DNA of 64,000 nucleotides from Octopus sinensis (taxonomy: Eukaryota). Below the pieces are notes generated by a model, which was given only the letters and a program-made list of their open reading frames with translations, was not told where the DNA came from and searched no databases. Shown one piece after another: positions 25,325 through 40,734 of this stretch. Both the position numbers and the translations under genes were made by a program. The stretch spans positions 120,962,001 to 121,026,000 of the forward strand of contig NC_042999.1 in NCBI RefSeq assembly GCF_006345805.1, given 5' to 3'. Position 1 is the stretch's first letter. Each line of letters opens with the position of its first letter.

Positions 25325-26583
25325 AAATAAACAGAAATTGTAGAAAACTTTTGATCAACAAACAAACAAAACAAATTGACCAGTATCGGTTAATCCATTT
25401 TTAATACAAAACATAACATTACATAACATTTCTTAAGGCCGTTTCGGCTACCGGTGCCAATCGGTGCTTGCAAAGAAAAATCCGTAAATAACATTCGACA
25501 TTTTCTAGCACATTCGATCTAGTACATGAAGCTTAATCAGAGTAAATGCAAATGCAAAAGCTAAATAAAATGGGAATAAACAAAGGAAAGAGGGAAGAGG
25601 AAAGAACAGAGCCTCGAGATGAGGCCAGAAGGTTCAATATATTAGAATCATACCATTTTGCAGTGTGAAGCTTAAAGTCGATCGGCAAAAGAGTGAACTA
25701 GCAAATGAGCTAGAGAAATAATTTATGAGTTATCTCTTTATGTAGGGGTTCCAGGGTGTATAAATAGTAGTAGGATAAAACAAGTGCTTAAGTAAAACAG
25801 GAATCGCCAATATGTCTAGAAAACGAATGGTACTTATGATTTCGTAAATAGAGCTAATTGATATTTATCCAAATTCGTAGAGTTTTTATGATGATGTACT
25901 TACTGAAATATTCTAGAGACTGAACACCTATTGTCCGTAATGGAACTGACCAAAGTCCTGCCATTTCTACAATTGGTCAATCATATTTAAATCAAGGGCA
26001 AGTTAAGACCGTTACAGGGGTAAACGTAAATAAAGAAGAAAAAATAAACCAATAAATAAAAAGGTGTGGGAGAGAAGACTGTCATAAGTGGCACGAGGCC
26101 GCTTATGCTCTTCTGCACCATCTCAACATAGCATAAAATAAAAATAAACAATAAAAATAAGATGGGTACCAGCAACCAATAAGGCTATCAACTTTTTTAC
26201 AGTTAAGGGGAGACTACTGGTAGTGGGGTGAAGACTAGTGGAAATTACCTTCGAAATATAATGCTAAATCTGCCATCTTAAATAGCCAGCTTACTTCCAA
26301 GTGGTGGTAATACTAGACGAACGAGTAAATGTCTACACGTTACTGCGTGCATTCTGCCTCTCAGACGTACGAGAGGGCTAAGGTATAAAATCCTCAAGCT
26401 ATTAAACGATTATAAGTTAAAACACTTGATAATTCTATCACATTTTACTAAATCTTAATATATATTATATTAAAATTAAATTAAAATTGAAATTAAAAAT
26501 TAAAATTAGATTGTTCATATTATTAAACCTATTGTTATATTAACCCTTGCTTGGGTGTAGCCAAACTGGGTCTACCACAAAAT

Positions 26584-26904
26584 GGGCGCGTGGCTTAGTG
26601 GTTAGGGCATTCGGCTCATGATCGTAAGGTTGTGAGTTCGATTCCCGGCGACGCGTTGTGTCCTTGAGCAAGACACTTTATTTCACGTTGCTCCAGTCCA
26701 CTCAGCTGGCAAAAATGAGTTGTACTTGTATTTCAAAGGGTCAGCCTTGTCACTCTCTGTGTCACGCTGATTATCCCCGAGAACTACGTTAAGGGTACAC
26801 GTGTCTGTGGAATGCTCAGCCATTTGCACGTTAATTTCACGAGCAAGCTGTTCCGTTGATCGTATCAGCTGGGACCCTCGTCGTCGTAACCGGCGGAGTC
26901 TTTA
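26584..26904 (+). mobile_element. Intact tRNA-derived SINE with a 10-bp target-site duplication
   Basis: A-box TGGCTTAGTGG, B-box GAGTTCGATTCC, central TTGTGTCCTTGAGCAAGACACTT core. TSD ACCACAAAAT at 26574-26583 and 26905-26914. Confidence 0.93.
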
Positions 26905-26984
26905 ACCACAAAATACGTTAGTGTGTATGTATGTGCTTGTGGGTGCGCACGTGTGTGTGTGTAAGTGTATGTGTGGGAGTGAGA

Positions 26985-27050
<66 letters not shown>

Positions 27051-27248
27051 TGTGTGTGTTTGTGTGTGTGTACGTTTGTCTTTGAGTCTATGTATAAATA
27101 TGTAATTTATTTTTTTCGAAATTCACAGTGACTGAAATTAGAAATCTTACCGAAAACGATTCCTCTGAAGAGCTATTCTCATGAAACTGCGAAGTTACAG
27201 TCGTTTTGTATTCCTGTTTAATATCATATGTATGCTTACATATATATA

Positions 27249-27313
<65 letters not shown>

Positions 27314-30300
27314 GAGAGAGAGTGAAAAGAAAGACGTAAGGCAAGAGTGAATATATACTATCAAAAGAAACATGCGTCTTCAACGAATTACATCGACAGT
27401 GTAACTAAATATATCTTTGAATAAAGAATAACACTTATCACATTTAATTTTAGTGATATTTCCATTTAATGAAATATTTAGAACATACTTTTTTTATCAG
27501 AATTACCATATATGAAATATTATTACTTAGTGCTTACGTATATTTTATTCAGAAGTATCTTGTCTAGCGTTAACTTCCCTATTCTATTACATTGACTTTC
27601 AAATTGTTAAAATTTCACTAGATATTGTTATTGTAATGAGACTGCAATGTTAAAAGTTTGTATTCGACTGATGTATTTATTTGGTTTATTTGTTATCTTT
27701 CTGCTGAATCTACTTTGTTTTATGACTTTCCAACAAACTGTCATTAACGTAAAGCAGGCTTTGGCCGAAGGCATGAATCATTAAATCTGTATGATGTTTT
27801 CCAGGACTTCAACTTCACTTCTATGACATCTAACAGACCGACAGACTAATATCTGTAGCCAAAATGTGCCATTTGTTTGATTTTCGAAATGTTATGTGAT
27901 TCAATATCGATTAATCCTCCATTGATTTAAAAGCGGCGTTAGATCAAATTTATTCTGCCAGTCAGCACTCATCAGCCGTAGAATATATTTCATATTTCTT
28001 GTATTCTACTTCGAATATAAGTCATAAGCCTGTCTCATCTATGTTGGTCAACTAATAATGCAAGAAATATATTATATATAAAATCCATATATAATTGCTC
28101 GAGATATAAAGCAATCAATAGGAGAAATTTGTGTTGGTTCTGTGGTTTCAACTGATATTAGACGAGGTTATCAAGGGTCCTGCCTAGAGAGGATATTTTG
28201 ACCAGTCGTTAAATAAGAATATCGATTCAAAATAAAATAGAGGGTTATCCGGATAAAAGAAAATAAATGTAATATTTTTATTGCTGGGAAATATTTCAAC
28301 CACTTTCAGTAGGATACTTATTGAAGCGTCTTCTAATATAATTCATTGATCTTCTTCCGACCCTAAAGTTGTTGACTCATTGATCAATATGCGAATCATT
28401 AAACATTATTTACTGGTCTACTCCTTATAGCCATGCTCTAGAACAAACAGGTGAATTCAATCACGTGTTACATACAGTGTTTTGTATTTAATTCAAACTG
28501 GAAAGTTTACGTTGCCTGTGAATATAAATTCTAATTTTGTACAGCCAATATAGTAGATATAATCACATATACTGAATTATTAGTCGATGATCAAAAAGTG
28601 TCACATGTAATATATTTAACTCAACTAACACCATAGCTACAATGGGGATTTTTGTGCTATTGAAGGTATCGTGACAGAAGAGAGGTATAAGAGGACGATT
28701 TCTTCGGCAGTCCTTTTAGTGTTCATAATTCAGCATAGATACAATTTTGGATTTCCCCCCTCTGACTGGTATTTACGTAACAAGTGAAGCGAAATTCAGT
28801 GAATATCGTTAGTAAAAATTATTGGTAAAAGGCTGCAAAGAAAAATGTTCCTTTCAAAGAGGTCTGACTCAAGTGTGCTTTTGATTTTGCTGCACGAGTA
28901 AAGGGAACGTTTTCGGTTCACGACACTCAAAGTGATTTAGAAATACACAAGCAAACTGAGTGTGGATTAAAAGAATGAGCCAATGAATCGTACTTATGGA
29001 ACTGAATTGCAGTTGAATGTTCAAAAGAAACATTGTGTGTCTTAGGAACATAGAAGACACATAGACTACTGGAAGTATGATACATTCCATCTATATGTAG
29101 TCTTGTGACTAACAAGTCTACTTCGGAGATGGTATCGTTGATATACGTCTGTGTTGGACATATATCTTTTTAAAAGTTATCATGCAATACTTGTTAATTA
29201 CTTAACGCCGATATTTTTTAATACATTTCTGCTATTATGTGGAGAAGTAAACTATTCAGAATCTATTTTCTAGATTACTTTTTTGTTTTTTATATTATTC
29301 TTTCAGTAGAGATAATATACTTCAGTCAATTTCATATCTGATTTCTCCCATTCTACTATATTAATATCATTCATATAGCTCTCGAGATTTATATCAAAAT
29401 ATTTTTACCTCTGCATATATTTCGCATCCTTAAACGATTGCCTTATAACATAATTTTGTCTGTTTAATATCCCCATTAACCATTACTATTCCACTTCTTT
29501 CACAAATTAAATACGCGTGTGAGACTTAAATTTTTAGTTGCTTGCAACATATTTCATTGCGGGCCATGTCAAAAAGTTACTAAATTGATTGATACAATAT
29601 ATTTATGCTTTGATAACCGTCTAAAACTATGTAGAAAATACCATTTTAAGGAATATTTTCTGCTCATTTTTGCTCCACATGGTGCATATAAAATTCAGCT
29701 AACATGAGACTTGAAATTTATAGAATGAGATTTTATTAATCAAATTGCTCCCAGGACGTTCCAACGATTGAATTTATAGATTGGGAGAATCGCCCACTAC
29801 ATTACTTTGGATGAATGCAAATGTAGAGCATAGGTCAAATCTAAATATCATGTTTGTTTTCTGTTGTAAGACATGAATGAATATTATATGATTACTACTT
29901 CTTCCAAGATACCACTTTCGATAAAGATTTGTAAAACTGCTTTTAGCCTCCAAATAATGCTTTGTAGAGGAGAACGCAGAGTTAATTGGATCGATCCAGA
30001 TTTATTAATGATACTTATTTTCTTGAGTGTAGATGCATGAAAAGCAATTATAACGCACAAAGCAAAAGGTTGGCTTCACCATATTTTTAGTGCAGCAGTA
30101 TAATTTTACACCAATATCCCTTGCTTCAAGGATGGATAATTGGTTCTTGTCGTTGACACGAGGTTAAAAATTTGAAAGGATGGGATAGCATCGATTTAAT
30201 CGATACTGCTATGTTATCGATACTTATTATCAACCTCAGAAATTTGAAAGGCAAAGTCAACCATACAGTGGTAACTAAACACTGCCAGACATTTTGCCCA

Positions 30301-32759
30301 GAACACCATCCCTTCTGCTATCCACTTCCTTAATACATATAACAAAATAATAAACGTATAAAATATCTTTGATATCGAAGCTGATTATATTCTATGTTTC
30401 CTGTTTGCCTTTAATCAGACAGAAGAAATAAAACACTTATTCTAAAAACAAAATCAGTAAACTCCTATAACTTATTGATGTTTTGTGAAATAAACATCAA
30501 CCGATATTTATCTTGTTACTGGTGTTGTAATGCGATTGTCAATCAAGCTGCATATAAAAAAAAAACGAAAGCATTTTCTGATAACGAAACTATACTTACC
30601 ATAAACAAAATTAAATTATAATCACTTCAAATGTAACAATATAAGTGGGGTTTCAAAGATATTTCCTTGGCATTGCTTCGAGAGGTATAAAGAATAGTTT
30701 GTTTTGTTTTTTAAACTAGAGAAGAATCTTGTAAAATATATTATTCAATGAACAGGCTAAATTTATCATCAGTCAGTCGATGCTACTTCTCCAAACTTAT
30801 AATGTACGCTCACTTGAAAAGAACCATCTATAAAAGGGAAATATCGATTCTACTTATGTTGGAATCAATATCAAATATAGCCATGATAGTATTTGTAGAA
30901 TTGCATTACTCCTCTATTTCCTGAACGTTTAAAAAATAACTCAAAGACAGCACCTCCTGTCTTAAATTTGAAAAATAATCAGAAATAATTCAATTTGGTT
31001 ATAATGCAATAAGGGAACTATATACAATGTTCTAATAGTTAGCCTATGCTTCTAGTTTTAATTTCTTGGCAACTTACGTTCAAATTCTACTAAAAATATT
31101 ATAAAATAAAATCAATACATAGGTTGTCAGACTTACAAACAAGTGTTCTGGTTATTGTCTATGATCGTGATACTTGTGCAGTTCTTTTGAAATAGTATGT
31201 AAACAAAAACAATAAAGAGCCTTATTTGACTAAATGCCTATAAAGATCAGATAACTATCTAAGTTATGGTAGTTGTGCGGAGTTTTGTTAATCACTATTA
31301 TAAATATTCTTGCTTAATTCTCAGAGATAGAGTCGCTCAATAGCTAATCTATTTTGCATAAGTGTTAATATACACATATTGATCTTACACGCGCGCGCGC
31401 ACACATACATACGTATACATATATACATATCATTATTATTATATTTTGGGATCATTTTTGTTTTGCCAAATAAACACACGCACTATATATTCATTCTTCA
31501 CTTTAGATTTATTATTGTTCTTATTTTAATCCTTTCCTTGGAAATCTTCGTCACACATCCTGTAACCTCTTCAGCGATTCTCCATCCTACATATTTCCTC
31601 CAGTTCTGTTTAGTTCCTTCTATCTTTCTATGGTGTGTACCCTTACATGCACATCAGTTTGATTCTGTATCTGTGTGTGTGTGCGTGTGTATGGACGTGT
31701 CTATGTGTTTTATATGTGTATTGTGTGTGTGTGTATGAGTTTGCTTACTATATTGTAAATATCGTGCCTTCTATTTACTTTTTTTTCATTTCTTTACTTA
31801 TATATTTTCTATTTTATATATTTTTCCCATTTCCTCTTAAGTATGTGTATGTGTGTCTTTTGAGTGTGCGCATATGGGTTTATGTATAATACCGTTTGTA
31901 TCTGTCTTTTCCTTTCACTCATTCTGTTCAAAATTTGTACAGAAAGACGACAAAGTAATATACGGAAAGCACACACAAGACACAAATATGCTCTTCCTTC
32001 TTCAATTATCCTCCAAACATCATATCAATTTCCTGCCTTTAACAGTAAGATTGTTCATATTGGTGAACTTGATAGCAAAAAGTTGTTACGAATAAATGAA
32101 TGAACGTAGAGGACGGTGACACAAACAAACGCTAAACGACTATAGAATATGACAAGATATAACGGAAAACAACACAAGTAGTTGGTACATATAAAACATA
32201 TACATACAAGTAAAGGCCTCAAGACTTTAAGATAGCCTGGAGACAAAACGTGTAGAAATAATGCTAATTGAAAATGATGTTCCTTACGGACTTGAAAAAG
32301 AAAGTGAAAGTTAAAACAAAAAGTAGAAAAATAGCACCAACCCAGGGCTGAAAGTAAATGCTAAGGCGAGAGCTATACAAGTAAGCAGTCAAGCACGAAA
32401 ACGAAGGTTGAAAGGAGAAATGAAATAGTCACGTGGTACTGAAAAGGGAGGGGAGAGAGACAAAACAACTAAGAGCTGAGAAAAAGGTCGAGGAGGCGAC
32501 GAAAACAAAATAAAGGGAGAGAGGAGGAAGATAGCAAGCAGAAAATTCAAAAGGAGATACGACAGATAGTAGGAAGAAAGAAAGGAGAATAAAGGAGGGG
32601 AGTACAGGACAAGAGAGAATGAGGGAGAATAGCAAAGGAAAAAGAGTAGGCAGAAAAAGAATGAGTGAGGTAAAGTGATGTGACAGGGAAGATAGACAGA
32701 AAGAAAAAGGGAAGCGTGTGAAAGGGAAAGAAAAACGTCGCATTAAATATTGATATTGT

Positions 32760-32878
32760 TGCAAAGCCTTCGAAAAGCAAAGTTATTCTCGACAGAATTT
32801 GAACACAATGTAAAGACGGACCAAATGCTGCTAACCATTTTGCCCGGCATGCTAACGGTTCTGCCACCTCACCACCTT
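32760..32878 (-). mobile_element. 5' fragment of a third SINE family (same as 34013-34203)
   Basis: Reverse complement GGTGGTGAGGTGGCAGAACCGTTAGCATGCCGGGCAAAATGGTTAGCAGCATTT matches the head of 34013-34203. Confidence 0.65.
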
Positions 32879-33572
32879 CACCGCCCTAAATATTATCACA
32901 CACACACATACACACACATATATATATATATATATCTTTTCTCTACCACCATTCCCTTTTTTTCTCTCCCTTTCTCTTACTCCTCCTTCTCCCTCCCGTC
33001 GCAGTCACGTGATGAGATGCCTATTTCTGTCTTTGTTCTCCGGCTTCCTCCAAGTAGAGACGGTAAATCTGTTGCTCTGCCGTTCTCAAAAAATAGCGTT
33101 CGTAAAAAAGTTTTTATCTCGTTTGGGTTAACAGCCCTTCTTGTTTGTGTTACTGTTATTCTCCGTGTCCTGTCTTTTACTGTTTATATTTTGTAATGTC
33201 GTTACTGTCCTGTTTTTGTTACCATTTTTACCCCTCCGCAAAAAAATCTCAAATTTTATTTAATTTGATTTTCGCGGGAAGGAAAATTTCATTGAAGTCA
33301 TGTATCGCCTTGACCTTCGAAACGTGGAGTAGATGAAATTAAGGTGACTGAAGAAGGGGAATTTTCCTTGTTTTGTATGTCCTGTACTCTATTTTTTCGT
33401 TGTTAAAAAAATGTCCATTTCCTTGGTTTTGTGTTTATGTTTTCGTTTCTCATTGTGTTCGACGTGTTTTTTGGTGTCCTGTACCCATATATGGATGTAT
33501 ATATACAAGTAGAGGTAGGTACGTACATGTATGTATGTATATATGCATATGTTTTATTTATTTTTAATTTTT

Positions 33573-33604
<32 letters not shown>

Positions 33605-33674
33605 GATAGATAGATATATACATATATATATGTATATAAAAGATTAAAAGTAAATATATATATATATATAATAA

Positions 33675-33706
<32 letters not shown>

Positions 33707-34012
33707 ATATAATGCTTTAGATCTATACATAGACATATATGTGGGTGTGCTATATCTTCGGTGCAAATTTTCTCTTAGTAAGGGGTTGGAAAGATTGTAA
33801 AGTAGATTCTACGTCCAGTTAATTTCAAAGTTACACTAAAAAGAGAAGAATTACTGCTGCTTTCTTTAAACTTGACTCTGGTTCGAAATTAATTAATCCA
33901 AAACCTTTTATATACAACACTTTGAGCATCTTTCACTAGCTATTTATTAAAAGTGAACTGTAACTTTTGAACAACAGAAGTACTATTCTTTTCTATTCAA
34001 GTTACAAGGCCC

Positions 34013-34203
34013 GAAATTTTTCTTGGGGGTAGGGCAATCGATTAGATCGATCCCAGTACGCAAGTGGCATTTAATTCATCGAATCCGAAAGGATGAAAGA
34101 CAAAGTCGACCTCGGCGGAATTTGAGCTCAGAACGTAGGGGCGGACGAAATACCGCTAAGCATTTCATTCGGCGTGATAACGATTCTGCCAGCTCACCGC
34201 CTT
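34013..34203 (-). mobile_element. tRNA-derived SINE (third family)
   Basis: Reverse complement AAGGCGGTGAGCTGGCAGAATCGTTATCACGCCGAATGAAATGCTTAGCGG...CTGAGCTCAAATTCCGCCGAGGTCGACTTTG, with an A/B-box-like head. Confidence 0.8.
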
Positions 34204-36699
34204 ACAACAGAAATATTATTGAATAGTTGTCGAAAGCTGGTAAGCAATGATTTTTCCAGTAACTGTAACTTCTAAAGTTCTATGTAAATAGTATGAGAAT
34301 TTACACATAGTCTGCTTCTACAAAGTATCAAAAGTCCAATAGACACTTTCTGTCAACGATGGACATAATGAACATTGTATTAACTAATTGCCATCTACAT
34401 ATCCCTTTGTTCCTTTGTAGAACGACTGTACTGCTTTAAAAGATTGCCCATTTAATGCTATATATTGTGAGCGGTGATGGAATATGTATAATGTGCCTCA
34501 TTTATAAATTATACAGAGCTGCCTACGTAAATGAAGCCTGTAAGACATTAACAAATGAATCATTTCGCAATCACTAAATGACTCTGGCAGGCTAAGCTGC
34601 CGAGGCATTTCAGTTTGATGCCTCGGTTGATTTCAGCACGGTATGTTATTTGATAGAAATCATTATGAGACTCGACAATAATGATGAAATTGGTCCGATG
34701 AATAAAGAGACCACATCATCGCATAAACCGAATTTATGTAGATGGAAAGATAAAGGTGAATAATAAAACGTTCTTAATACATGCATGAAAACTTATGTAA
34801 ACATTGTTCTATTTTTGTTTTGTTTTTATAATTTGAAGCTAGAATACATTATAATTAATTATACTACCCTTTGTCTACGCAAAACAGAAGAACCCAACTA
34901 AAGTAGTGATTGCCTACATCGGCAATTAGTACAACAAACAGTTCGTAAGAGGGCATAAAGTGAAAAAGAACAGTCTAACGCTCGGAGAGAGAAGCGCTCA
35001 CCGACATTATTGAACAATAATGTTGTATGAAGACAGATAGACAAACAGACAGAAATACAATAATAGTGCCGGATAAGGGAAGTAAGGAGTAACAAGAGAA
35101 ATCAAATAATAGAAGTCCAACGGTCAAAGAGAGGAGACAATCAATACGAATTCTGGCACATTTGCAAACTGAAGAAGGAATAGTGCTAAAATTAGAAAAG
35201 AAGACAAATAAAAAAAAGTTATATGCACATATGTACATACATACACACAGACACACACATACATACATACATACATACATACATACATACATACATACAT
35301 ACATACATACACCAGTAGGAGCACTGAACATTAAATAACGAATCGAAGACGGGGGAAAACGATGAGAATAGATATTTATAAAATTTAAATGACTCGTAAC
35401 AAGTAAATTTTCTGTTACGTATTATGTATTCATGTGTGTATGGATGTATGCACGCACACACACACACACACACACATATATATACATATGTATACATAAA
35501 ATTAAATATATGTATGAACCGGATGCGGCAATTTTACTGGAAATATATTCCTTAGAAACGCATATGCCGCATGTTTATTGGTCGAAATACGAAGTTTAAT
35601 TTATTGTTTTATAATTTATATCAAATATCAAGTAATTATAATAGGTTATTATTTTATATTTTGTATTTTATTTGAAATTATTTTTAATAATTTTAAAGCA
35701 ATATATTTCATTTTTGAAATGAAATATAATTTCATATTTTTTTTAAGTCATCTGCCATTTTATAAGAAATTAAATTGAAATGAAATTCATCAAACTTAAT
35801 CTCAACTAATTTTAAACTAATTTATTGCCGTAACTAATTTAATTAATTGCCGTAAATAGCGTAACTAATTTCTACAGACTAATTTACTCCACGCTCTACC
35901 AACCAACACAAGCATCACTCAATAATAAATATGTGTAGCATCGTCACGGTCCTGATCATTCCAGTAATATGTATTTCTAGCAAAGAATAATTCAAGGGAC
36001 TCCGACCTCAATGATTGTGTGCCCAGCATAACTTTCAAAAAGAAAGGACACTATCAATTCCGTGACGTGAATGCTTATAACTTATAGTTCACGGCAAATA
36101 ACTTTCTTAACCCAGCATCGAATTGTAAAGATTTTCCATAACCTACTAATTCAAATATCGATAAATCACTGCATCATTTTATATTTTTCTTACAATTTTG
36201 TTCTTGACTAATATGTTCGAAAAATATCAAAATTGCAGCGCATATCCTTACTTCACTATGACTATATTTTTTTATCAAATTGTCTTTTGGCTAACATGTT
36301 TGTGTGCGTGTTTGTCTGTATGTATGCAAATATGCACATATATGTATATGATTGTGTATATATGAATGGGGATGTACATTTGTGCTTGTGCGTGTATCAC
36401 GGTAGGGCGGGGTATTAGAAGAATAGTTAGAGCGTCATATATATTGCATTTCAGTGTTCTGGGTTCAATTACTACTGCGGTCAAGTTCGCCTTCTATGTC
36501 GATCTTCTGTCTCTTCTCTCACTGACGACTCTGTTTCCTCCTCACTCTCTTTCTGTTTTTTCCTGTGTACTTGTCTTGCACTTTCTGAAAGAAATCCCTA
36601 TTGTCAGACCTTGAGAGTCATAGATGCCACATGTTCCACACAAAGATGTTAAAGAAGTGTTATATAACAACAGAGCGGTTCAACGGATGTCAAGATCAA

Positions 36700-36751
<52 letters not shown>

Positions 36752-36931
36752 TCTGAGAGTTCGAAGTCCGTATCAACACCCAATCATTTTTAAAGCCTAT
36801 AGCCTTAGATTTCAATTCACCAGTCACACTTTACTTAACACTGTTAGCAGACTCACTTTACACTGGATGTGTATGTGTGCCTGCGTGTGATTGTTGCGTG
36901 CGTGTGCGTGTGTGTGCATGTGTGTAGGTGT

Positions 36932-36976
<45 letters not shown>

Positions 36977-37184
36977 CGTGTGTGTGTGTGTGAGTAGGCA
37001 TGTGTTTTCATTAGGATTTCTTTTTCATTTGGAGAATTCTAGTTGGCCACTAACCAAGTGGCATGGCTGTTTTGTTTCATTTAAGCCAAAGGTTGGGAGT
37101 TAGCAGTCATCTTAATCGCTTGATGTGTGACATATAATTATATATATATAGAAAATGAAAGACGGAAGATGGAATATATGAGAA

Positions 37185-37566
37185 TCTTTATATATAAAAG
37201 AGAGGTTGTGTGCTGTCTGTCTCCTACGATTTAGATTCCTAACTACTCCCACATTTTGCGGTGCAGTTTAACCAAAACCGGGTATCTTATAGTCGTGATT
37301 CATATCGAGCACGCGTCTACGATGAGTCTACGATTTAAAAAAAAAATTACCACCAATTTTTCCCATGTTTAATACCTTTTTGGCATATATAAGGGAAGTA
37401 ACTCTCTAAAAATTTATTATTAAATCTCAGAACGTAAAAAGCTACAGTAACACCCCCCTCCTTTGTGGTTAGCCATATTGAGATGGCTATTATACTTTAC
37501 ATCTCTAAAAATGCTTATATAGTCATTTCCCTTACAAACCCGAGCAACGCCGCGCGGTACTGCTAG
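37185..37566 (+). mobile_element. Non-autonomous Helitron
   Basis: Starts TC after A and ends CTAG before T. Subterminal GC-rich hairpin-like CCCGAGCAACGCCGCG lies about 10 nt from the end. Confidence 0.8.
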
Positions 37567-38527
37567 TTATATATGAAAGAAATTGTTCTATACAGTGCTC
37601 GGGGCACTACAACAAAAAAAAAACAGGCGTACTGGTGAGAGATTTCAGGAAGCATAGAAGTTTTGAAGGATGTAGTGTCTCGACAACTAACGATTAATGC
37701 GGGTACTTTATTCCATGCTTCAACAATTCTGAGTTTGTGTGTTTGTGTATGTGTGTCTGTGTGTGTGTATGTGTGTGTGTGTGCGTATCTGTGTGTGTGT
37801 GTGTGTGTGTGTGCTCATGAATAGTTTGTATCTGAGCGCTAGATATTGGTTTTCTTCAATATACAAGTACATATATTTCACACTTGTTACACTTTACTAT
37901 ACAAATCTTTGTGCTTCACGCTTATGTGTAGGTGTGTTCACGCATTTTATATCTGTATGTGGATGTGTGCATATGTCTGGATCAAGAAATTCAATATAGT
38001 GGGGGGCCCCTGGAACTGTTTACATTATTTTCAATGTTTTGTAAGGGGAAGTTAGACAGATCACTGGAGCGTTTTAGAATTTTTAACTGGACCACTGGTT
38101 GATTGCATTTGGGGAAAACAGTTTTTTTTCAATTCTTTTTGCTAGTGTGTTCTCTTCTGTTTCTAATTATAATAATTATTCCTCTGAAGAAGGAGCTGGT
38201 TTCTAGTAAAGATACAAAGTTCCATCGCTGGAATATAGATAACAAAAACAATATAAGAGTCTAAGCTTGAGGAAAGCCTTGTATGTTTTTACTGTTCTTT
38301 TTATAGATTGTATTTGTAATGTGCGAGTTGGTTGTTTGATTTCTTTTCCTGTAAACCCTCGCTTATTGAGATTGTCGCGCATCTACTCACAAAATCAAGT
38401 GTGCCGGTTGTGTATGTACTCGTATGTATCTATGTTCTCGTATGTATAATGTATATATGCATGTATTTATGAGTACGTGTGTGTGTATGTGTAGTTAGAT
38501 AAGCTTTGTGTAAAAATCCTTGCAGGT

Positions 38528-38630
38528 TGGTAGGTAGGTAGATAGGTAGGTAGGTAAGTAGGTAGGTAGGTAGGTAGGTAGGTAGGTAGGTAGGTAGGTA
38601 GGTAGGTAGGTAGGTTGGTATGTAGGTAGG
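38528..38630. repeat. (TAGG)n microsatellite
   Basis: Direct reading. Confidence 0.92.
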
Positions 38631-39234
38631 CATGCATGTGTGTATGCATATATGTAAATATTATGCATGCATGCATGTATGTATGCATACCATTATTCAG
38701 TTTATTTCAAGATTTCTTGCCATTTGAGAAAGAACGGGTTTCTAACCTAGATCCAAGACTCCTTCATTGGAATTTCAACATCAACACCAGGATGATCTTG
38801 TATCATATGTTGACTTATTCTTATTGTGTATCGGTGAGTGTCTATAGTGATCTGTGTTATTGTTCAACTGTTACATTCGTTTTTCTGAAAAACTGTGATA
38901 ACTGCGCGTAGCAGTCCTTTTTGTTATAATTCTTGTTTGAAGGAGGAATTATTATTTCTCTGTCGGGCGTTAGCCTAAATTCATTGTTATTCTGTGGGGC
39001 ATATTTGCCCATTAATTTATTCTCCGTGGGGCGTTAGCCCAAATCTTGTATTTTAAAAATGTGTGACTCAGTTGAGTCGAAAAACAATCAGAACTTATTA
39101 TTGGGTATGCCAATCTTATCGTCACCTGTGTCACCAGTGCAGCCTCCAGCTACACCAAAAGCCAATTTTACTGATGCAGCAAAGACTTCAACAAGAAAAC
39201 TCAGCCCATCTCACACCACATAAACGGTAAGTCT

Positions 39235-39950
39235 TTTATGAGTTTTCATGTTGGATGTATAAATGTGCGTGGCCTGATATCAAGCTGGAAACAAAGACAT
39301 TTCCTTAACGTCATCGGGTCACATGGATTAGATGTTAGTGTTGCTAATGAAACTAGGTTGACCGGACCATGACATTTACTCCCGCTCCTGAATGGTTAAG
39401 AGAAAGTAATTCCTACATGCAATGGTGTGAGTTGGTCCTTATTAAGAAAAACATAGTTTCAGAGAAAAAGGTAACTTTTCTTGATCCAGAATGTAGGTTG
39501 GTCGTCCTTGACTTGACGTTCAGCAATGGTAAGTCAATCAGGCTAGTTGCAGTTTATGCACTAGCTAGTAATGACGATAAAAGTGATTATTTTCATGGCC
39601 TGGAGAAATGTATGGGTACGTCACACTCTCTAATGTTGATAGGAGACTTTAACAGAATCTGCAATACACGCGTAGATTGTGTTGACTCAAAACAAGATAC
39701 GAGGGGTAACCCGTGCCTTAAGGATCTGCTACATCTCTTTCAGCTACCAGATCCCTACAGACTGGAATTCCTGAACGCGCCAGTGTGGTTATAGTCAAGA
39801 AGCGACGGGTCTTCCAGAACTTACGTAGATAAGTTATTCATTAGCATTAATGATAGAAACTTAGCTAAGCGTCCACAATTTCGTCATGTCAGCTATAGCG
39901 ATCACAAACATGTGACCTGTAAGCTCAACATAGATAGGCTAATTGAAAGG
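39235..39950 (+). mobile_element. L1/Tx1-like LINE ORF2 AP-endonuclease fragment (degraded)
   Basis: GCINVRGL, ANETRL, RLVAVYA, LIGDFN, SYSDHKHVTC: the ordered APE motifs. Confidence 0.85.
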
Positions 39951-40220
39951 TTATATAACATTGAAGAAATCCATGTAAGTTGAGTTACGCTTGAAAAGGC
40001 AGATGATGTTTGATGCAATAGAATAAAATCTTCACTTCCTTCTAAAATTTTAGTTCATCTGAAAGTAAAATACAAACGTAAAGGCTTCTATTAAATTAGG
40101 CAGGACGAAATGGATACAAAATATTTGAATATTTTGGTGAGGATCTTCAAAATAAGGGAAATTATATGTGCTAATGGATACGGATCAAAACATAGATATA
40201 TATATCTGTCTCTCTCTCTC

Positions 40221-40266
<46 letters not shown>

Positions 40267-40689
40267 TGTGTGTATGTGTATTGCATATATATATATATAT
40301 ACACATACATACGTATATATATATATATATATATTATACATATATATTAGATGTGGCTCCTTGGGCAATTGTTTTCTACTCTAGCCTCTGACCGACCAAA
40401 GCCTTGTGAGCAGATCTCTGGCAGACAGAAATTGGGAGAAGCATAGCGTATATGTACATATATATATATATATATAACAATAATAAATCTCTGAACGAGA
40501 TATAAACAGTAACCGCTCGACAACGTAAGGGGTATTAGCCATCTGAATGTAGCTAGCCACTGGGGGGGGGGGTTACTGATGCTTTTAGCCCCAGGCGATC
40601 AACGTCACCAGAAGGACTTTAGACACTATCTCAGTGCCCTTGTGTTATTTGCAAAGGGAGGTCATCCTCCCTCGAAGACCCGAGTACTA

Positions 40690-40734
40690 CATACGGACTA
40701 TAGTTTCAAGGTAATTGCCTCTCGTCAACGCATG
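40690..40734 (-). ncRNA. Type I hammerhead ribozyme motif, copy 1
   Basis: CAUGCG-UUGACGA-GAGG CAAUUA CCUU-GAAA-CUAUAG-UC-CGUAUG: 6-bp stem I, 4-bp stem II, palindromic stem III ACUAUAGU, GUC triplet. Confidence 0.8.

Noticed and set aside
25425-25492. Hammerhead-like remnant on the minus strand (UUGCAAG...GCCGAAACGGCC) near (TA)n
   Set aside because: Multiple core changes and no U16.1. At most a decayed PLE end.
26584-26660. tRNA-like sequence with A and B boxes
   Set aside because: It is a SINE head followed by a SINE body and flanked by a TSD, and it has no proper acceptor stem.
34600-34626. Perfect 9-bp hairpin CCGAGGCAT/ATGCCTCGG
   Set aside because: Isolated, with no Helitron end, miRNA-length stem or other context. 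Expected occasionally by chance.
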